Assembly (NCBI GenBank): GCA_951406725.2
Contig: OX597814.1
Location: 41,540,001-41,604,000, forward strand
From: Octopus vulgaris
Taxonomy: Eukaryota
Length of the DNA: 64,000 nucleotides
Direction of reading: 5' to 3'
Shown: positions 28,901 to 43,689 of the stretch, piece by piece
Layout of the letters: the number at the start of each line of letters is the position of its first letter
Position numbering within the stretch: position 1 is the stretch's first letter
Program-made: the position numbers and the translations under genes
The notes under the pieces: model-generated
Told to the model about the DNA's origin: nothing
What the model saw: only the letters and a program-made list of their open reading frames with translations
Databases searched by the model: none

Positions 28901-29222
28901 CATACATCTCCGTATATTGTTGTCTGGAGCAGAGGGGGAAAGATATGTACCATCACAGAGGTCTGCTGCACTGCAGATATAAATATATCTTTGAAAATAA
29001 AAGAGAAAAGGATATATATGGACAACTGCTTCCAAATCTCCTGCTTGTATATCCAGATTATGAATTCATATTCATATCAACAATAATCAGAGCTCTAGGT
29101 TTTGTTAGTGAATTATTAAAGGAGAATCTGAATAAACTGGGATTTTCAGAAAGAGAAACCGACCGGGTCATTCGTACATTACAAGTGCAGTCTGTGAGTG
29201 GAATAGAAAAAATATGCAAGGC
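28900..29222 (+). pseudogene. RLE-domain C-terminal fragment of an R4/Dong-like retroelement
   Basis: CTITEVCCTADINI...DIYGQLLPNLLLVYPDYEFIFISTIIRALGFV...LQVQSVSGIEKICK; homologous to 46166-46366. Confidence 0.7.
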
Positions 29223-29231
29223 TCCATCTTG

Positions 29232-29334
29232 TGGGTGGGTGTGTATTTGTATCAATCTATCTATCTATCTATTTATCTATCTATATATATATGTATATAT
29301 ATTTATATATATATATATATATATACATATATAT

Positions 29335-29405
<71 letters not shown>

Positions 29406-29463
29406 TATAGATAGATTCATAGATAGATAGATCGATAGGTTGATACAAATACACACACACCCA
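29232..29463. repeat. Fold-back duplication around (TA)n
   Basis: tgggtgggtgtgtatttgtatcaatctatctatc... is mirrored by ...gatagatcgataggttgatacaaatacacacacaccca. Confidence 0.75.
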
Positions 29464-29834
29464 TATTGCTTTTATATATGTATGTGTAACAGAGTAATTT
29501 CAGTGTTGCATTACGCAATATTACTTTAATGAGATTTGTTGTGTAAGACCAGAACATTCCAGAAGATACAAAGTAAACTATAAAAGGAAAAGAAAACGAA
29601 ATAAAAGTTATAGTGTTACACTATATTTCTATATTTCTATAGTGCGAGAAGATAGAAAGTAAACAACAAATGAAATAGAAATTAAACCAAAGATGGTGTT
29701 TTATCTTATGTTTTTATATTTCGTGACTGTGTCTGTTTCATGAGAACATTGAGATTAGCGAGGGAGAGAAAAGACGTTGCCGAGATGTTCAAAGTAATAA
29801 GGCGGAAAGAGGAAGATGACATGCGCAGAATGGG

Positions 29835-29990
29835 CTTTATTTAATCTCTGTCTACCAAATTCTCTGACAGAGCCTTAGTCGGCCATGCCAGGGATGAAAG
29901 CAGAAAACATTCTCCGAAGATACCGCGCAATGTGAGTAACTGCAAACCACATTAGTAGGAAGGAAGGTTCTAAACGACGGAATCCCATCT
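29835..29990 (-). mobile_element. SINE family A head (old)
   Basis: tctgtctaccaaattctctgacagagccttagtcggcc...aaaccacattag. Confidence 0.5.
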
Positions 29991-30940
29991 ATTTAAGTAT
30001 AAATGTCAAGTTAAACAGGATCTGAAAACTGAAACAGAGGTGATAACTTCGAGGAAAGGTGTTTAAAGTAAAATACAGACGACGTAAAAACAATTTCTTA
30101 GAACTTTGTAGAAAGTTATGTGAACATTGCCATTAGTCATTGAATACAGATTATACAAATGGTGTTGGCGACAACTGCTTATACAAAAAAAATAATAATA
30201 ATAACAGAGCACTGCATATAGTGAATACAAATAGCGCTGTTTGTACCGTGACAACAATCAATAAAAACAAACCAGCTGAAAACAAGGAGAATAATTCTGA
30301 TGAATATTATCTTGTTGGTATAAGTAAGCAATGTGTTGAATATGATATTGATGACAACGTCATTCGAGTTTCTAATTCAGATATTCAGCTATACTTGGTT
30401 GGTTACGTTATCATAATTCACATGACCTCCGGCACTTAGTTCCTATTATTTTTATCAAATTTTGAAAGCGAAGCTGACCCCAGTTGAATTTGAAGTCAAA
30501 ATGTAAACGGATGCGTCTGTTTAATACATGGTATTTTGTCTAACGCTCTACCGAGTTTGTGGACACATTTGCCTGAAGATAAAGAAAACGATACTAATTT
30601 CATGTTTGTGTGTGTGGGGGGGGGGGGGCGAATGTGGGCATAGGGAAACGGAGAGAAGCTGCGACAGAGTTGGGAGGCGGTGATGTTATAGCAAATGTAA
30701 TACTACAAGTAATGGTCGCCACTAAGGTTTTGGATGCACAAGAACAAAACAATGCTCTATCAACATAAATGTATATAAATCTGTTTCTATTCAAATAAAA
30801 GTAACACATTTTGCCCTGAGAGAGTCATGCTATGAACTACATGTCTGAAAATAATAATGATTTATTGAAAAAACACTTTAGTCGTGTATATATCAATGTG
30901 CATGTGTGCATGTATACATGTATATATGCTAGTATAAATG

Positions 30941-30988
<48 letters not shown>

Positions 30989-31035
30989 TATTGATATATA
31001 CATACATATATATGTATATATAATATATATATATA

Positions 31036-31093
<58 letters not shown>

Positions 31094-31629
31094 CGTATAT
31101 ATACATACATATATATAAAGTATGTGTATGTGTACGTTTCATAGACTTACATACGTATATGTCTATTTGTAGGAACTAATAATGAGCAGAAAACATGTGT
31201 ATCATTTGTGGGGGCTAACGCAGCAAGTGCTTCACGTATGATATTCTAACCGTGATGAAGCCACTTACATTCTTTTATAGCGTGGTCACTCAGCCATGAG
31301 ACGATTGATAGTATATCGGGACTTTCATGTACGATCTATATCGCTTTCACCTACTGAATGGATGTCCACATATACGTCTGTTGATACTAACACGTTTCCT
31401 TGTTTTCGAGCGTGTGAAATAGATGGACATTTTCTATAAATCATTTATTCAAATGTTTTTCTTTATGTGTATGAATCTATGTGTATACACACATATACTC
31501 ACACAAAAGCTCCAGCACTCGCACCCACACAAACTGACGCACTGAGGCACGAACTGTGACACGCGCACTTATATCACTATTCAAACATTAATGAATGAAA
31601 CTGTTTATATTCAAGTGAATATTATTAGA

Positions 31630-32342
31630 TACAAAGGAGGGCGGAAAAGTTCAGAGGCTAACTATGAAAATGGAGTGTCACAGCTGTGATATCTTGCGTG
31701 CCTTAATTTCACTAGTCGTATTTATAAGTATATTTTTTATTAATGTTTTCAGTTAAACTGACATCTGACTGTTCAAAGAAGTGCTCACAAGTAGCTAGTA
31801 GCGAATATACTTCGAAATAGACAGGGAAGGTGAAGGTCTCTGTTTGAATGCAAACGGCATTCTTTTTATATATTACGTTCAAAAGGGCTACATTTTGTAT
31901 ATAGATTTCTATATCACCTTGCTGAGACAGTTACAGAAGGCAAACAAGACCAAGCCCCCAGGTAACTGAGGTAATTGTTTGCTTCAGCAAAATAATGCAA
32001 GTTCTTGGTTTCACTGACTGCTGTGTGTGATTGTGTCTTTCAACCGGTTGCTCAGCCTTCCTATTCTCCTGATTTGTTCACATCCGACTATCACCTGTTC
32101 CCTAACATTAAAGAACATTGACTGAGAAACAATAGCGAACAAATGATAAGGTTATATCTGATGTTATTAACATTTTGACAGAAAGGATGACAATTTCTTC
32201 ACCAACAAAACCCAAGCACTGCAATACCGATGCGATGAGTCTGTGAAACTCAACAGGGACTATGTTGAAAAATAATCATCACTTGGTCACATTCCATGTG
32301 ATTATGGCTAAATTCGCCAATGACTTTTCAGCCGAGTTTCGA
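31630..32342 (+). mobile_element. Internally deleted mariner relic with decayed TIRs
   Basis: Ends acaaaggagggcggaaaagttc ... gacttttcagccgagtttcg; peptide remnants LLQQNNA, QPSYSPDLFTSDYHLFPNIK, DYVEK*. Confidence 0.8.
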
Positions 32343-33144
32343 AAGTTTTAATAAAGACAAATACAGCTTAGGTAATCTTCAGGACTTATACTTTGTTTAT
32401 ATTGTGATTTGAGAAGCTGAAATGTGCTATGAAACCGGCCAAAGTAGAAATGGTCAATCGAAAAAATAAAAAGGGAAAACAGAATCAAAGTCAAATGACC
32501 AATGAAGGTATTGATTAGTGGAGAGTTCACCCCAATGGAAGTAAAGTAGGTTTCGTTAAGTAGTTATTGAGTAGGAGGAAAGAGGATGATACATGGAGGA
32601 GAAAAGAGATGGTTGGGATTAGGAATAACAGTCATTAACCTAAGAATATCAAACAGATAGCGGCTACCAGAGAATTGATAGAATGGTTTAGACAACGGAC
32701 TTAGATAAATTATTGAGAAACACTCATAAAGGTCAAAAGCTGACCAGGAGTCATAAGAAACATGAAAGAGCCCTTGCGTGTAAATAAAGAACACTAGTGT
32801 GTACAGTTATACACATACATTTACACACAAATACATAAAAAGAAAAAAGATCAAAAGAAACATTCACACGCTTAGACAAAGACACTCACACATACGCATA
32901 CACATATACGCATACACGAATATACGTACGCACTCACATAAACGCACGCGAACATACACGCACACGCACCCACACACACACTCACACTCAAGTGGGGAAA
33001 CACGTTGAATTTCAGAACATTATAGAAAACCTTTGCAATATATTATATAGTGAGTAATCATGAACGGGGAAACCCTTTTTTTCAAATCATACATACAGAA
33101 AAGGAGCGTATGCGTTCACACATATGTATACATGCCTATATTCA

Positions 33145-34170
33145 TATGAATACATGCTCCAACTTCTTCATACACTTACACATTCTATTGAAGTCCAAAC
33201 CTTTGTTGGGGACACTGAAGAGCTGTGGGCCTTTGAAGACCAAGCTGTTGCAGTATCCGTTTCTGTATCCTGATAGTAATGTTGGGACATTTGGTACTAT
33301 GCAATGGTGCCTATTCTTACTGTTCATGTAACTGACAAGGCCAAAGTTGGAGATAGGTTTTTGTAGGATTATCAACATATATATTATCTCAAATCTTTCC
33401 TGCCAATGCTCCAAGGAGATGAAATATAGCTCTTTCAGTCTCTCCAGATAGCTGATATGCCGCAGTGTATCAATGTTGTTCAAGTATCTCCGCTGGGTAG
33501 CCTCCAGACGGCGTAGAACAAACGTCCTCCAAAGGACCACCCTGATTTTCATTTCTCTTGTTTTGAAAGTTCGCAAGATCTATCCGGCTAAGCGTCTGCA
33601 TTTTATTGCCAACTTGGTAATATTCACCTTGAAATATGCATCATTATTCATGTCGATGTTCAGGTCACTCACTGATTTTGGTTCAGGGATTGGAATCTCT
33701 CCTAGAACATTGTATCCTATCTACATTTCATTGAACGTCCTGTGTTAGTAGAGAAGGGCTTAGAATTTTCCAGCATTGGATAAGTATTATTTTCCTCAGC
33801 CCACTTGTATAATGCGTCCAATTTATGTTGTAGACGTGCAACATCACCAGAGTCCTCTATCCTCTGAAAGACTTTGGTAGCATCAGCATATCTACCAACG
33901 ATAGCTACTCGAACAGCTGGGTGCATGTCACAGAAGGCCACTATAAATAGTATCTGCCCCAGGTCAGTGGTCTGTGGAACACCGCTCATTATTTGTGCTT
34001 TCTCAGATGTGGCGCTGTTGAATACCATTAATTCAGACCATTCATTTATAAACCAATATAGCCATTCTCAAAGTTATCCAATCGTGCCAAGTTTTTGCAG
34101 CTTCCGACACACTATACCACGTTCAAATTTGTCAAAAGATTTTGCAAAGTTTTGGGGACATGGCAAGCCA
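33145..34170 (-). pseudogene. CR1/L2-group LINE RT relic
   Basis: SGVPQTTDLGQILF, YADATKV, LYKWAEENN, RTFKTRE, CNSLVFKGPQLF; same family as 8691-10163. Confidence 0.88.
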
Positions 34171-34471
34171 ACGGTAGTTATGTTTGATCACCATATGATC
34201 CTGACAGATAGTTTTCATATCTGAGGATAACCAAAGCATGTTCGATTCAAGGAGTTCCTAGAATTGTTCAAAAGTTTCGTAGCACGGTCTTTCCTATTGT
34301 CCTTCATAGCTTGTGTTCAAAATGTGTTCATATTTGTGGCGAACGGGGGCAAAGTCGAATACAATGACTTAACTTCATTGTTAGTTTTCCAAAACCGACG
34401 TATAATCGCGACCAACATAAAATTGAAACGAATCAAGATGATGTATGCCTTTGTATTTATTCATTCATATG

Positions 34472-34546
<75 letters not shown>

Positions 34547-34846
34547 TTAAATTTACCAATACGTACATACAATTTGGTGGATTGCATCGGGGATATTGAT
34601 GGTTATGGATTGTCAACATCAACAGCTAACTCTTGGTGTTCTTGTTCGCTGCGCTTAAGGAGGTGGTTCATAGATCCTTAGAGTGTCCCTTCTTTTTTCT
34701 TGAAGAATTACACTTATACGTATACAAAGAAAACAAGGATTGATTAATCGGAGTTTTCTTTCCACAATTGAGTTTTAGATGATTATTTCGGTACTCACAC
34801 ACACACACACGCACGCACACACACACACACACACACACACAGACAG

Positions 34847-34883
<37 letters not shown>

Positions 34884-34911
34884 AACATATATACATACAC
34901 ACTTGTATACG

Positions 34912-34992
<81 letters not shown>

Positions 34993-35772
34993 TTACGCAC
35001 ACATACACTCACATAAATGCACACATGCAAACATACATTTGTATCAGTAGATAGATATTTCAGCAGTAGCAATAGAGGCAATATTATCACTAAATCTTAA
35101 TATTTATCCCCTTACTAAAACTGGAATTTGTGTAAGAAGAAATATTCTAATGTTAATTACCAAGAGAGGATTTCTCATATAAAATTGTTTTGTGTTGAAA
35201 TCATTAAGTGACGATATATACAGTTTCTATATATCGCTGACAGGAGAATGTACTGCCGTGTTCAGCTTCTCATCTGCCGTTGAGAAGCCCATCTAAGGCG
35301 ATATCAAGTAATTAATTTTTTCTCACCGTCATCTGAAATCCGCATATAAAGCCTAGATATTTTTTTTTTTGTTGCTTTTAACCTGAAATCGTTTTGGAGT
35401 TACTCTCACGGTGTAAAAAACACAATACCCTGTGCTGTAACAGCGCATCAACTTTTAGTGGGCCACAAATATTAATTTTTGTTTTGATAATACATTTGCC
35501 ACTATTAATTAGATTTTAGTAAGACCAGTGGCTATTTGCGACACCAATGCTTTAACAGAAACCGAGATTACATATATCGAGTGGTACGTCTAGTGAAATG
35601 TTTGTCATAGGGAAATACGAGAGTGAAAACACGTGATATGTCAGTTCCAACGGTCACAGTGCAAGATTATCACCATTCAGATATATAATAACGAATTCAC
35701 TTATGCACCGCAAGTTCATATGGATTATACACTCATATGACACACACACATACACTTACACACTTCGCTTGC

Positions 35773-35794
35773 ATATATATATATATATATATAT

Positions 35795-35869
<75 letters not shown>

Positions 35870-35960
35870 TATAGATAGATAGATAGATAGATAGATAAAT
35901 AGATATATAGATTGATAGATAGATAGATAGATAGGTATAGATATAGACATAGATATATAG
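35773..35960. repeat. (TA)n-(GATA)n compound microsatellite
   Basis: Directly visible. Confidence 0.95.
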
Positions 35961-36721
35961 GGATAAATATGTGTGCGTGTGCGTGTGTACAGATACAATA
36001 TTTGTGTGTGTTTATGCGTGTATAGTGATACTATAACACATACATGTATAGATATATAAATGCGCACACACATGCACATGTGTCTGCGCATATTTTTGTC
36101 TGCACCTTGTTTTGTGTGAATCACATGAAAGAACAAGGGCGTATAATTCAGATAGTTCTGGCTGAGTAGTGGGAAAGTAATATATGCATGCATGTTAATA
36201 AATAGATAATGTCTATATCGAAGAGTAACTAGGCTTTTATCAGTGACCTTGTTTCTCCACTCTTCATTATTGACTGTGCGCTATTCATGAAGGGAATCTT
36301 ATTATTTATGATTCAATGGCAATATTTTTCCTTCCTTTCTAACAACATGTGTATTCTCATAGACGGTTCTACGTTATGTCACTGCCTTAACACAGCTGAC
36401 TAACTCCTTTGTCTGTATATACGTACACTTACACACATATACATACATTCACACAATCTATTGTATATTGTTTAGAGGCACACACGCCCACCCAAAAGCA
36501 TGTATAACGGATAAATAAAGGAGAAGAAACCTATAGTTTGATAATCGATATTTTACATTACCCGGTTTAACACCTTATGAATTAACGTAGATAAAATCTC
36601 ACTCTGAACATGCACGACATCTAAGGTATTATTTCATTATATACCTCTCTCTATCAATATATTGAACTGTCTGTGTGTATGTTTGTGTGTGTGAATATTT
36701 GTGTGTGTGTCTCTCTGTCTC

Positions 36722-36789
36722 TGTCTCTTTCTATATATCTATATATCTATATATATATACATATATGTATATTTGTATGTGTATATATA

Positions 36790-36826
<37 letters not shown>

Positions 36827-36862
36827 TATATATATACATGTATATATGTATGCATATATATG

Positions 36863-36915
<53 letters not shown>

Positions 36916-36950
36916 GCATATATATATGTATATATATATATGTATACATA

Positions 36951-36991
<41 letters not shown>

Positions 36992-37067
36992 ACATATATA
37001 TGTATATATATATATATATATATATACATATATATGTATACATATATATATACATATATATATATGC

Positions 37068-37118
<51 letters not shown>

Positions 37119-37249
37119 CATATATATGCATACATATATACATGTATATATATATGCATATATATATGTATATATATATATATATATTATTTATATATAT
37201 ATACATATATATATATGCATATATATATATGTATATATATATGTATACA

Positions 37250-37294
<45 letters not shown>

Positions 37295-37305
37295 TATGTA
37301 TACAC

Positions 37306-37380
<75 letters not shown>

Positions 37381-37567
37381 CATATATATGCATACATATA
37401 TACATGTATATATATATGCATATATATATGTATATATATATATATTATTTATATATACACATACAAATATACATATATATATATATATATAGATATATAG
37501 ATATATAGAAAGAGACATATATATATGCATATATATATATACATGTATATATGTATGCATATATATG

Positions 37568-37646
<79 letters not shown>

Positions 37647-37660
37647 GTATACATATATAA

Positions 37661-37757
<97 letters not shown>

Positions 37758-37760
37758 TAT
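36722..37760. repeat. ~1-kb interrupted (TA)n array with higher-order direct and inverted units
   Basis: Flank tgtctctttctatatatctatatatc at 36722 is mirrored at 37490-37517; the interruption pattern recurs at ~37111 and ~37373. Confidence 0.85.
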
Positions 37761-37774
37761 ATTGAAAATAAGCA

Positions 37775-38012
37775 ACATGATATCAAGAAGTGCTGCAGTA
37801 CGACCGTTTCAAGCGGGTCCATTTCATTGAACAATGCAATTATTTCATCACCTTAAATGCAGGGCTATCATCATCTGCAAAAATAAATAGAATTTTAATC
37901 TGCTAGACACATTAATAAACTCTTTTTCTCAAATATTTTAACAGAACAAAAGGATGGAGAAATAATTCATGTTGTCGCTGTTGTAGCTAAGAATATACTA
38001 CATTTCCAAGAA
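37775..38012 (-). pseudogene. Decayed retroelement fragment, probably Penelope-type RT, homologous to 53450-53680
   Basis: Two diverged copies in the window; minus-strand remnants resemble FxGxYYxQxxGxxMG...PSF...FE...YxDD...AxFLD. Confidence 0.45.
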
Positions 38013-38014
38013 AG

Positions 38015-38243
38015 GCGTGTGTGTGTTTGTGTGTCTGTGTTTGTCCCCATAGCATTGCTTGACAACAGATGCTGGTGTGTTTGTGTCCCCGTCACTTAGC
38101 GGTCCGGCAAAAGGGACCGATAGAATAAGTACTGGGCTTACAATAGAATAAGTTCCGGGGTCGAGTTGCTCGATTAAAGGCGGTGCTCCAGCATTGCCGC
38201 AGTCAAATGACTGAAACAAGTAAAAGAGTAAAAAGAGTAAAGA

Positions 38244-38246
<3 letters not shown>
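38015..38246 (+). mobile_element. SINE family A 3' half (young)
   Basis: ttgtccccatagcattgcttgacaac...ggcggtgctccagcattgccgcagtcaaatgactgaaacaagtaaaagagt. Confidence 0.9.
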
Positions 38247-38318
<72 letters not shown>

Positions 38319-39199
38319 TGCTGTGTGTGTGTGTGTGTTTGTCTGTGCATTTCAAATTATCACTATTAAGTTGTAATGGAAATAATTTTCGGTTATGTGA
38401 AGATTCTCCCTAAGTCATCAAAGAGAAAATATGGTTACTTGTCAGTGAATTTGATTTTATGGTCGCGTGACTGTAGAAAAGAAATATGGGCAAATAGTGA
38501 AGTGGGTGTTGTTACACTGAATATGTCATATATCAGATTCGATAATAATTTCAAATTATATACGTTTATTATATCACCTGACATTTCGGACATTGCTTAC
38601 GTGATACGCCAAAGATCTGGAAATCTAGTGTAATGTTATAGTATGATTATCATATTAATATGGCTAAAAAATAGAGTTTCAAATGACTTTCTTGTATGCG
38701 AGTGACAAGTGTATTACGTTTATGTACAAATATGTATATACGGTTTTTGATGTCACAGGTCGTTATTTATTTGTTTAGTTCTGGTAGAGTTCAGCTGGAT
38801 AGGGTTTGTATTTTTTAATATGTTTACTTAATTCGTTCTAATTTTTTTGTGTTTTTTTTAGAATAAACACTATAGTGAGAATACTCTTTCCCTTGTTATT
38901 GTTTTAATGCAATGTGAAGTGACCTATTTCCGTTGAAGTATGTGTTCATTTAAATTTATTAGACATATCTTTCCTAAGGTTAATGAAGGTTACGCGATTT
39001 GGGAAAAAATAATGTTTAGTTATTGATGCTGTATTTTCAGTGTTTAATTTGAAACTAAAATATATTTTAGTGGTTTTTAGCCAGTTTTCAGATATTTTAG
39101 ATCTTTTAATTATTATGTTTATTTCGAGTGCTTATTTTTCATTTTTGGTTTCCAATATATGGATAATGAAAACTTCATTATAGCAGTAGTTTCCATAAA

Positions 39200-40500
39200 T
39201 ACTTAATTAATAAAAGTTTAAGCGGTATTGTTTCATCTTTTGATGCTGGGTGGTAGGCAAAGCAGCCTGCAAAATAGAAACATAATATGACCTGAAGCAC
39301 GAATTTCAGATACTCTGAAATTGCAGTGAATTTATCCCTATTATAAGAGGCAATTTTAGAGACAGCTTGAAGCATTGGAATATGTGTTTAAGAATGTTGG
39401 ATTTCGAAATGAATTCCATGAGTCCAGAGTGAATCTGTTTTGTTGGTAGTGTAAAGTAATCTATGTGTCTAGGGTCAAAACCGGATAAGTATTATCACTC
39501 CACTTGAACCCGTTTAAGAACTTACCTGCTAGGAAGGCACCCATTTCAGATAGTGTTCAAAGATTCCGGGATAAAACTATAAAGATTGATCTAGATATGC
39601 TAGAAGAAATTTTGGACAAATGCTTACAACAGGGACTTCTTTCCAGTTGGTTAACTAAAGAGAGAACGGTGCTTATTGGGAACGACGAAAAGAAAAAGCA
39701 GCTGCTGCAAACTAGCTTCCAATTACCTATTTTCGAAAGCTCCGGAAAATAGTTATCTTAATACTCTCTGAAGAGAGAAGAGCCTCCAACCTATGGAACA
39801 AAAAAGTTGCAGAAAGCAATCCAGACGCATCAAAGTTAATCTTCTGATAGATAAGGTGTGTTTATTAAAAGCTACAAAAAGAGAGAGGTGGTGCCGGGTA
39901 GAGTGCGGATCAACAACAAGAAAGCCTCATACATGCTCTTCCGTTCATGGGTTATGAACTATCTACTTCCCTCCAAAGCCAATCCAAAGATAAAAAATGA
40001 GATTGAAAACCAAATGAACTTCTGGGCAGCTGAGATAACATCTTTCGGAATATCTTTAGGGAGAGTTGAATTAAAATGTGGTGCCCTTCAATTGAATAGC
40101 ATATCGTGTATTCTATTCATATTATCGCTGATACCCATATCTCCTGTTCAAAGTAAAAAAAAAAACAGCACATGTTTTAAAGTTGGAAAAGGGAATTTGC
40201 TATTTACCAATAAGCACAAGCTCTCTATAAAAACAAATCAAATAATTAGAAACACAAATGAATTCTTAACATTCCGCAGAATACTTTGTGAGGGTTTTGA
40301 AATAGAGTTTTGCTATAAGCAAATATAGTGTTTTAGTGAGAAAGACAGATAAAGAATACCACACTGATGGAATCTACATTCCAAAGAGAGAAGCAATGAA
40401 AAAGATATTCCTTGAATGATGATGCAAATATAGTTATATACTAAAATCCGTTGATAATATTAGCGGCCCGTCAGAAAGATTTTTAAAATCGAAGTTCAAT
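39200..40500 (+). pseudogene. R4/Dong-type retroelement relics (RLE C-terminal piece ~39200-39440 followed by RT piece ~39520-40500)
   Basis: LKHEFQIL*NCSEFIPII; KAPISDSV...WLTKERTVLI...EQKSCRK...LLIDK...KKASY...GALQLNSISCILFILSLIPIS. Confidence 0.6.
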
Positions 40501-42039
40501 ATTTTGAATGCGATCAGTAAAAACCAGGCCGTTATCAGCCATTCCTTTTCCTATTGCTTCACGTTTTTAAGTACCACTTTTTCAGGGTAATTGCAGATAT
40601 TCACGTCTAATTTCATTAGATATAGCTTGTAATTGTTCAAATGCAGTAGTTGTGTTCCACTGGTTACCTAACTTTCATTCTCCTGATGCTGAGAAACGTT
40701 TCCAGCAACCATAAGTCTGATCTGTTTGTGCTTGTAAATACATATTTAATCATACTTTGTTCAATGATGCATTTATTTTTGACACTTATCTACTCAGCAA
40801 GCTTTAGCAAAACAAAGCCTATATATTCAAATATAAATGCCTTCACAATCTATTGTGAATACACAAAACATTGGCCCACTTTCGAAATAACATTCCATGG
40901 CTATCGCGTCGATTTAGCTTATTTGCTCGAACAACACTAGTAAAAAGAATACCTCGTTTATACTGTCACATGCGGAAAAGATATTCACCTGATGCTCCAG
41001 GTTCGTACATACAGTTATCGTTTAAATTTTAAGCTTGGTATATTAAGCTCGTTATAGTACGCTTGCATTGACACTAAAACAACATTTCTAGGGAAATTGG
41101 TGACAGATCTCAATTAAGGCAGTTTATGTTGCGCTTATGCCTCAGGAGTTTCTCGCTTCTCATCTAATAGTAACAGTAGTAATAGTAATTATATCACTCT
41201 GTATTGGAAATGATCCTGGCTTGCCATATTCAGTAATATGTACGGTCATATGTGGATTTAATTCGGTTGGGCTTTGGTACTCAGTATCGTCGCCTTTTGA
41301 TATATTTTGTTTTCGTTCACTATTATAACTTACATGTTTATCAGCATATTTCAGGAGAATGATATTATTTTGTTTTCTTTTTATTTGTCTCTTGCATTAT
41401 CGCCTACTCTCAGATAATAAGCTTATTTGAATTAGTTGGAGGCGTAGGTGTATCCAAACAAAAGAAAGCCAGTCACGTCTCCGGTGATCGGTCTTAAGTT
41501 TACAGAAACCAATTTGATCTCTTCACCTTTGCTTAGGAAGAAATTACGATCAAAATAAAAACAAATGGAATTTAGGTTTCTCTGCATTGTTCAGAGGCAT
41601 TTTACGTGGAAAATTATATGATAAAAAGGTAATATTAATACTATAGTATACAGACCATAGCACATATTTGTCATACACTCAGCCAAATAGAAAAATCACT
41701 CAGGTACAATAACACCACGAAATCCAAGGGCATTGACTCTCTAAAATGTATTGTTTTAACTACAGAGATGTGTACAGAAGGCACCATTCATTTCTTTCAT
41801 TTTGGCAACTCTCAATATTTCAGTAAGTTCATTTGATCGAAACATAATTTGTTCAGCCCATCATTATCATGTTTTTTTTTATATTTCTTTTTTTTGTGAC
41901 GTATGAAACATGTTTGAGGAGCGGTGATGCAGATATAAATCGTCGGGGAAAAATAAATACAACTGACTGCTTTTCTTTCAAGAAAACTGGGAGTTACGTT
42001 GCGGAACTGTTATTTTAATGAGTTGTATTTATTTATTCC

Positions 42040-42182
42040 CTGGAAGATACATCTGCACCACTGGATGTTCTTGAAGGATTTGTGGAGTGTCCCAACCATG
42101 AGGAATCTATGCTACAAGTGTCGAAACAACTGTCGTTATTCATAATAAATTCTCGTATATTTCATCTTCCATCATTTAATTG

Positions 42183-42185
<3 letters not shown>
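42040..42185 (+). repeat. Second copy of the 22030-22195 repeat
   Basis: Homology described under 22030; ends at (TA)n. Confidence 0.5.
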
Positions 42186-42216
<31 letters not shown>

Positions 42217-43111
42217 GAAAAATATATATATGATGTAATAGCGGGGATATATGCAAGGTATTATATAGTATTTGGGAGTGAAGATATATCTTTCGCTACT
42301 AGCTGGTGATTGTGTAAAACGGAAGATGTATGACATTCACAAACTTAGGTCTCTGAGGGGAAGGTTATGGTGATATTGAGAACAATGACTCATACACAAA
42401 CACCCACACTCAAACATACAGACATATACACAGACACAGAATCAGGGACGCAAATGCATGATGACATAATGATACACATCGTAGAAGAACATAATGAAAT
42501 AAGCGGAGCAAGATCACACACAGAGACGGAAACTGTCATTGAAGAGGTCACAGATGTGCGACACAAACCTTCCGGATAATGGATATGAATTAGCATAAGA
42601 ATAGTAATTAACGAGTGAAGAACATAGTGCCTATGTTTTATATGGGAAATAATGACCCTCCCGAAATACAACAATATATGTACATGTATTTGTATACATC
42701 AATGAAAACGTACGTATTAATATATGTATGCATGCATATACATATTTCATGCACTTAAACATGCTGATTCATTATCCAATGCAATTTACAGATCCAACGT
42801 AGAGAAGGTAACAGGTATTGTATTTGCATAAAATAAGAACATAAATGGGTTAAAATTGTATTACAACTGTTTGAAACGCGTATTTTGTTGCTGAAATTTT
42901 CGATTAACTCACGAAAATCCATTGCCGTCCGATGAATTAAATCTGTAGCCTAAATCTTTTGACAGTTATTCCTGCAAACGAAGTTTTAAATGTTTAAACC
43001 CCCCCTGAAGAAAGCAGGTTTTTCATGACATAATCGAAATATTCAGCAGTACAAGATGCCTCTGAAAACTGGTGTAGTAAATATTTTACTCATTCGTGTT
43101 CTTAAATATGC

Positions 43112-43159
<48 letters not shown>

Positions 43160-43169
<10 letters not shown>

Positions 43170-43340
43170 ATTTAGGAATGGTCATTTTGCCAGTTTAGCC
43201 AATAAAAACACACGCACTATATATATAGTGCGTGTGTTTTTATTGGCTAAACTGGCAAAATGACCATTCCTAAATACAACAATATCTGTTTCAACACACG
43301 ACTTCACATAAAAAAATCTTGCACAACAAATATTTAAACG
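43160..43340. mobile_element. Short insertion in (TA)n containing a perfect 126-bp palindrome (43160-43285) plus a 55-bp extension of one arm
   Basis: atattgttgtatttaggaatggtc...cacgcac-tatatatata-gtgcgtg...cctaaatacaacaatat. Confidence 0.8.
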
Positions 43341-43371
<31 letters not shown>

Positions 43372-43689
43372 GTATAGGAATAGTACTATACGTCGATAGA
43401 ATGCGAAGATAGAATAGTAAAATTCGCGGATTATTGACCTAACTTCGGACAGTGACTTGTTTTTCTCACCAAAATGTAGGTTGTTTTTATTAACACTAAC
43501 ATAGCGTGTGTGAACAATTTTGGTTGGACTAGAAGTCCTCTCACATGGTATCTGAAATGCAGTTAAATTTTATCCTGATGATAAAGATATGTAGGTTTGA
43601 CCTGGTTAGATGTGATTAACTGAATAATAAAAACCGGATATGTAAATCCTTGTTCACCTAATTCTTAAAGCTCAAGTTTGACTCCTAAC

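Noticed and set aside
30140-30439. Asn-rich 99-aa ORF
   Set aside because: Decayed (AAT/AAC)n low-complexity sequence without domain features.
32500-32790. Possible LINE endonuclease remnant on the minus strand
   Set aside because: The resemblance is too faint to support without an alignment.
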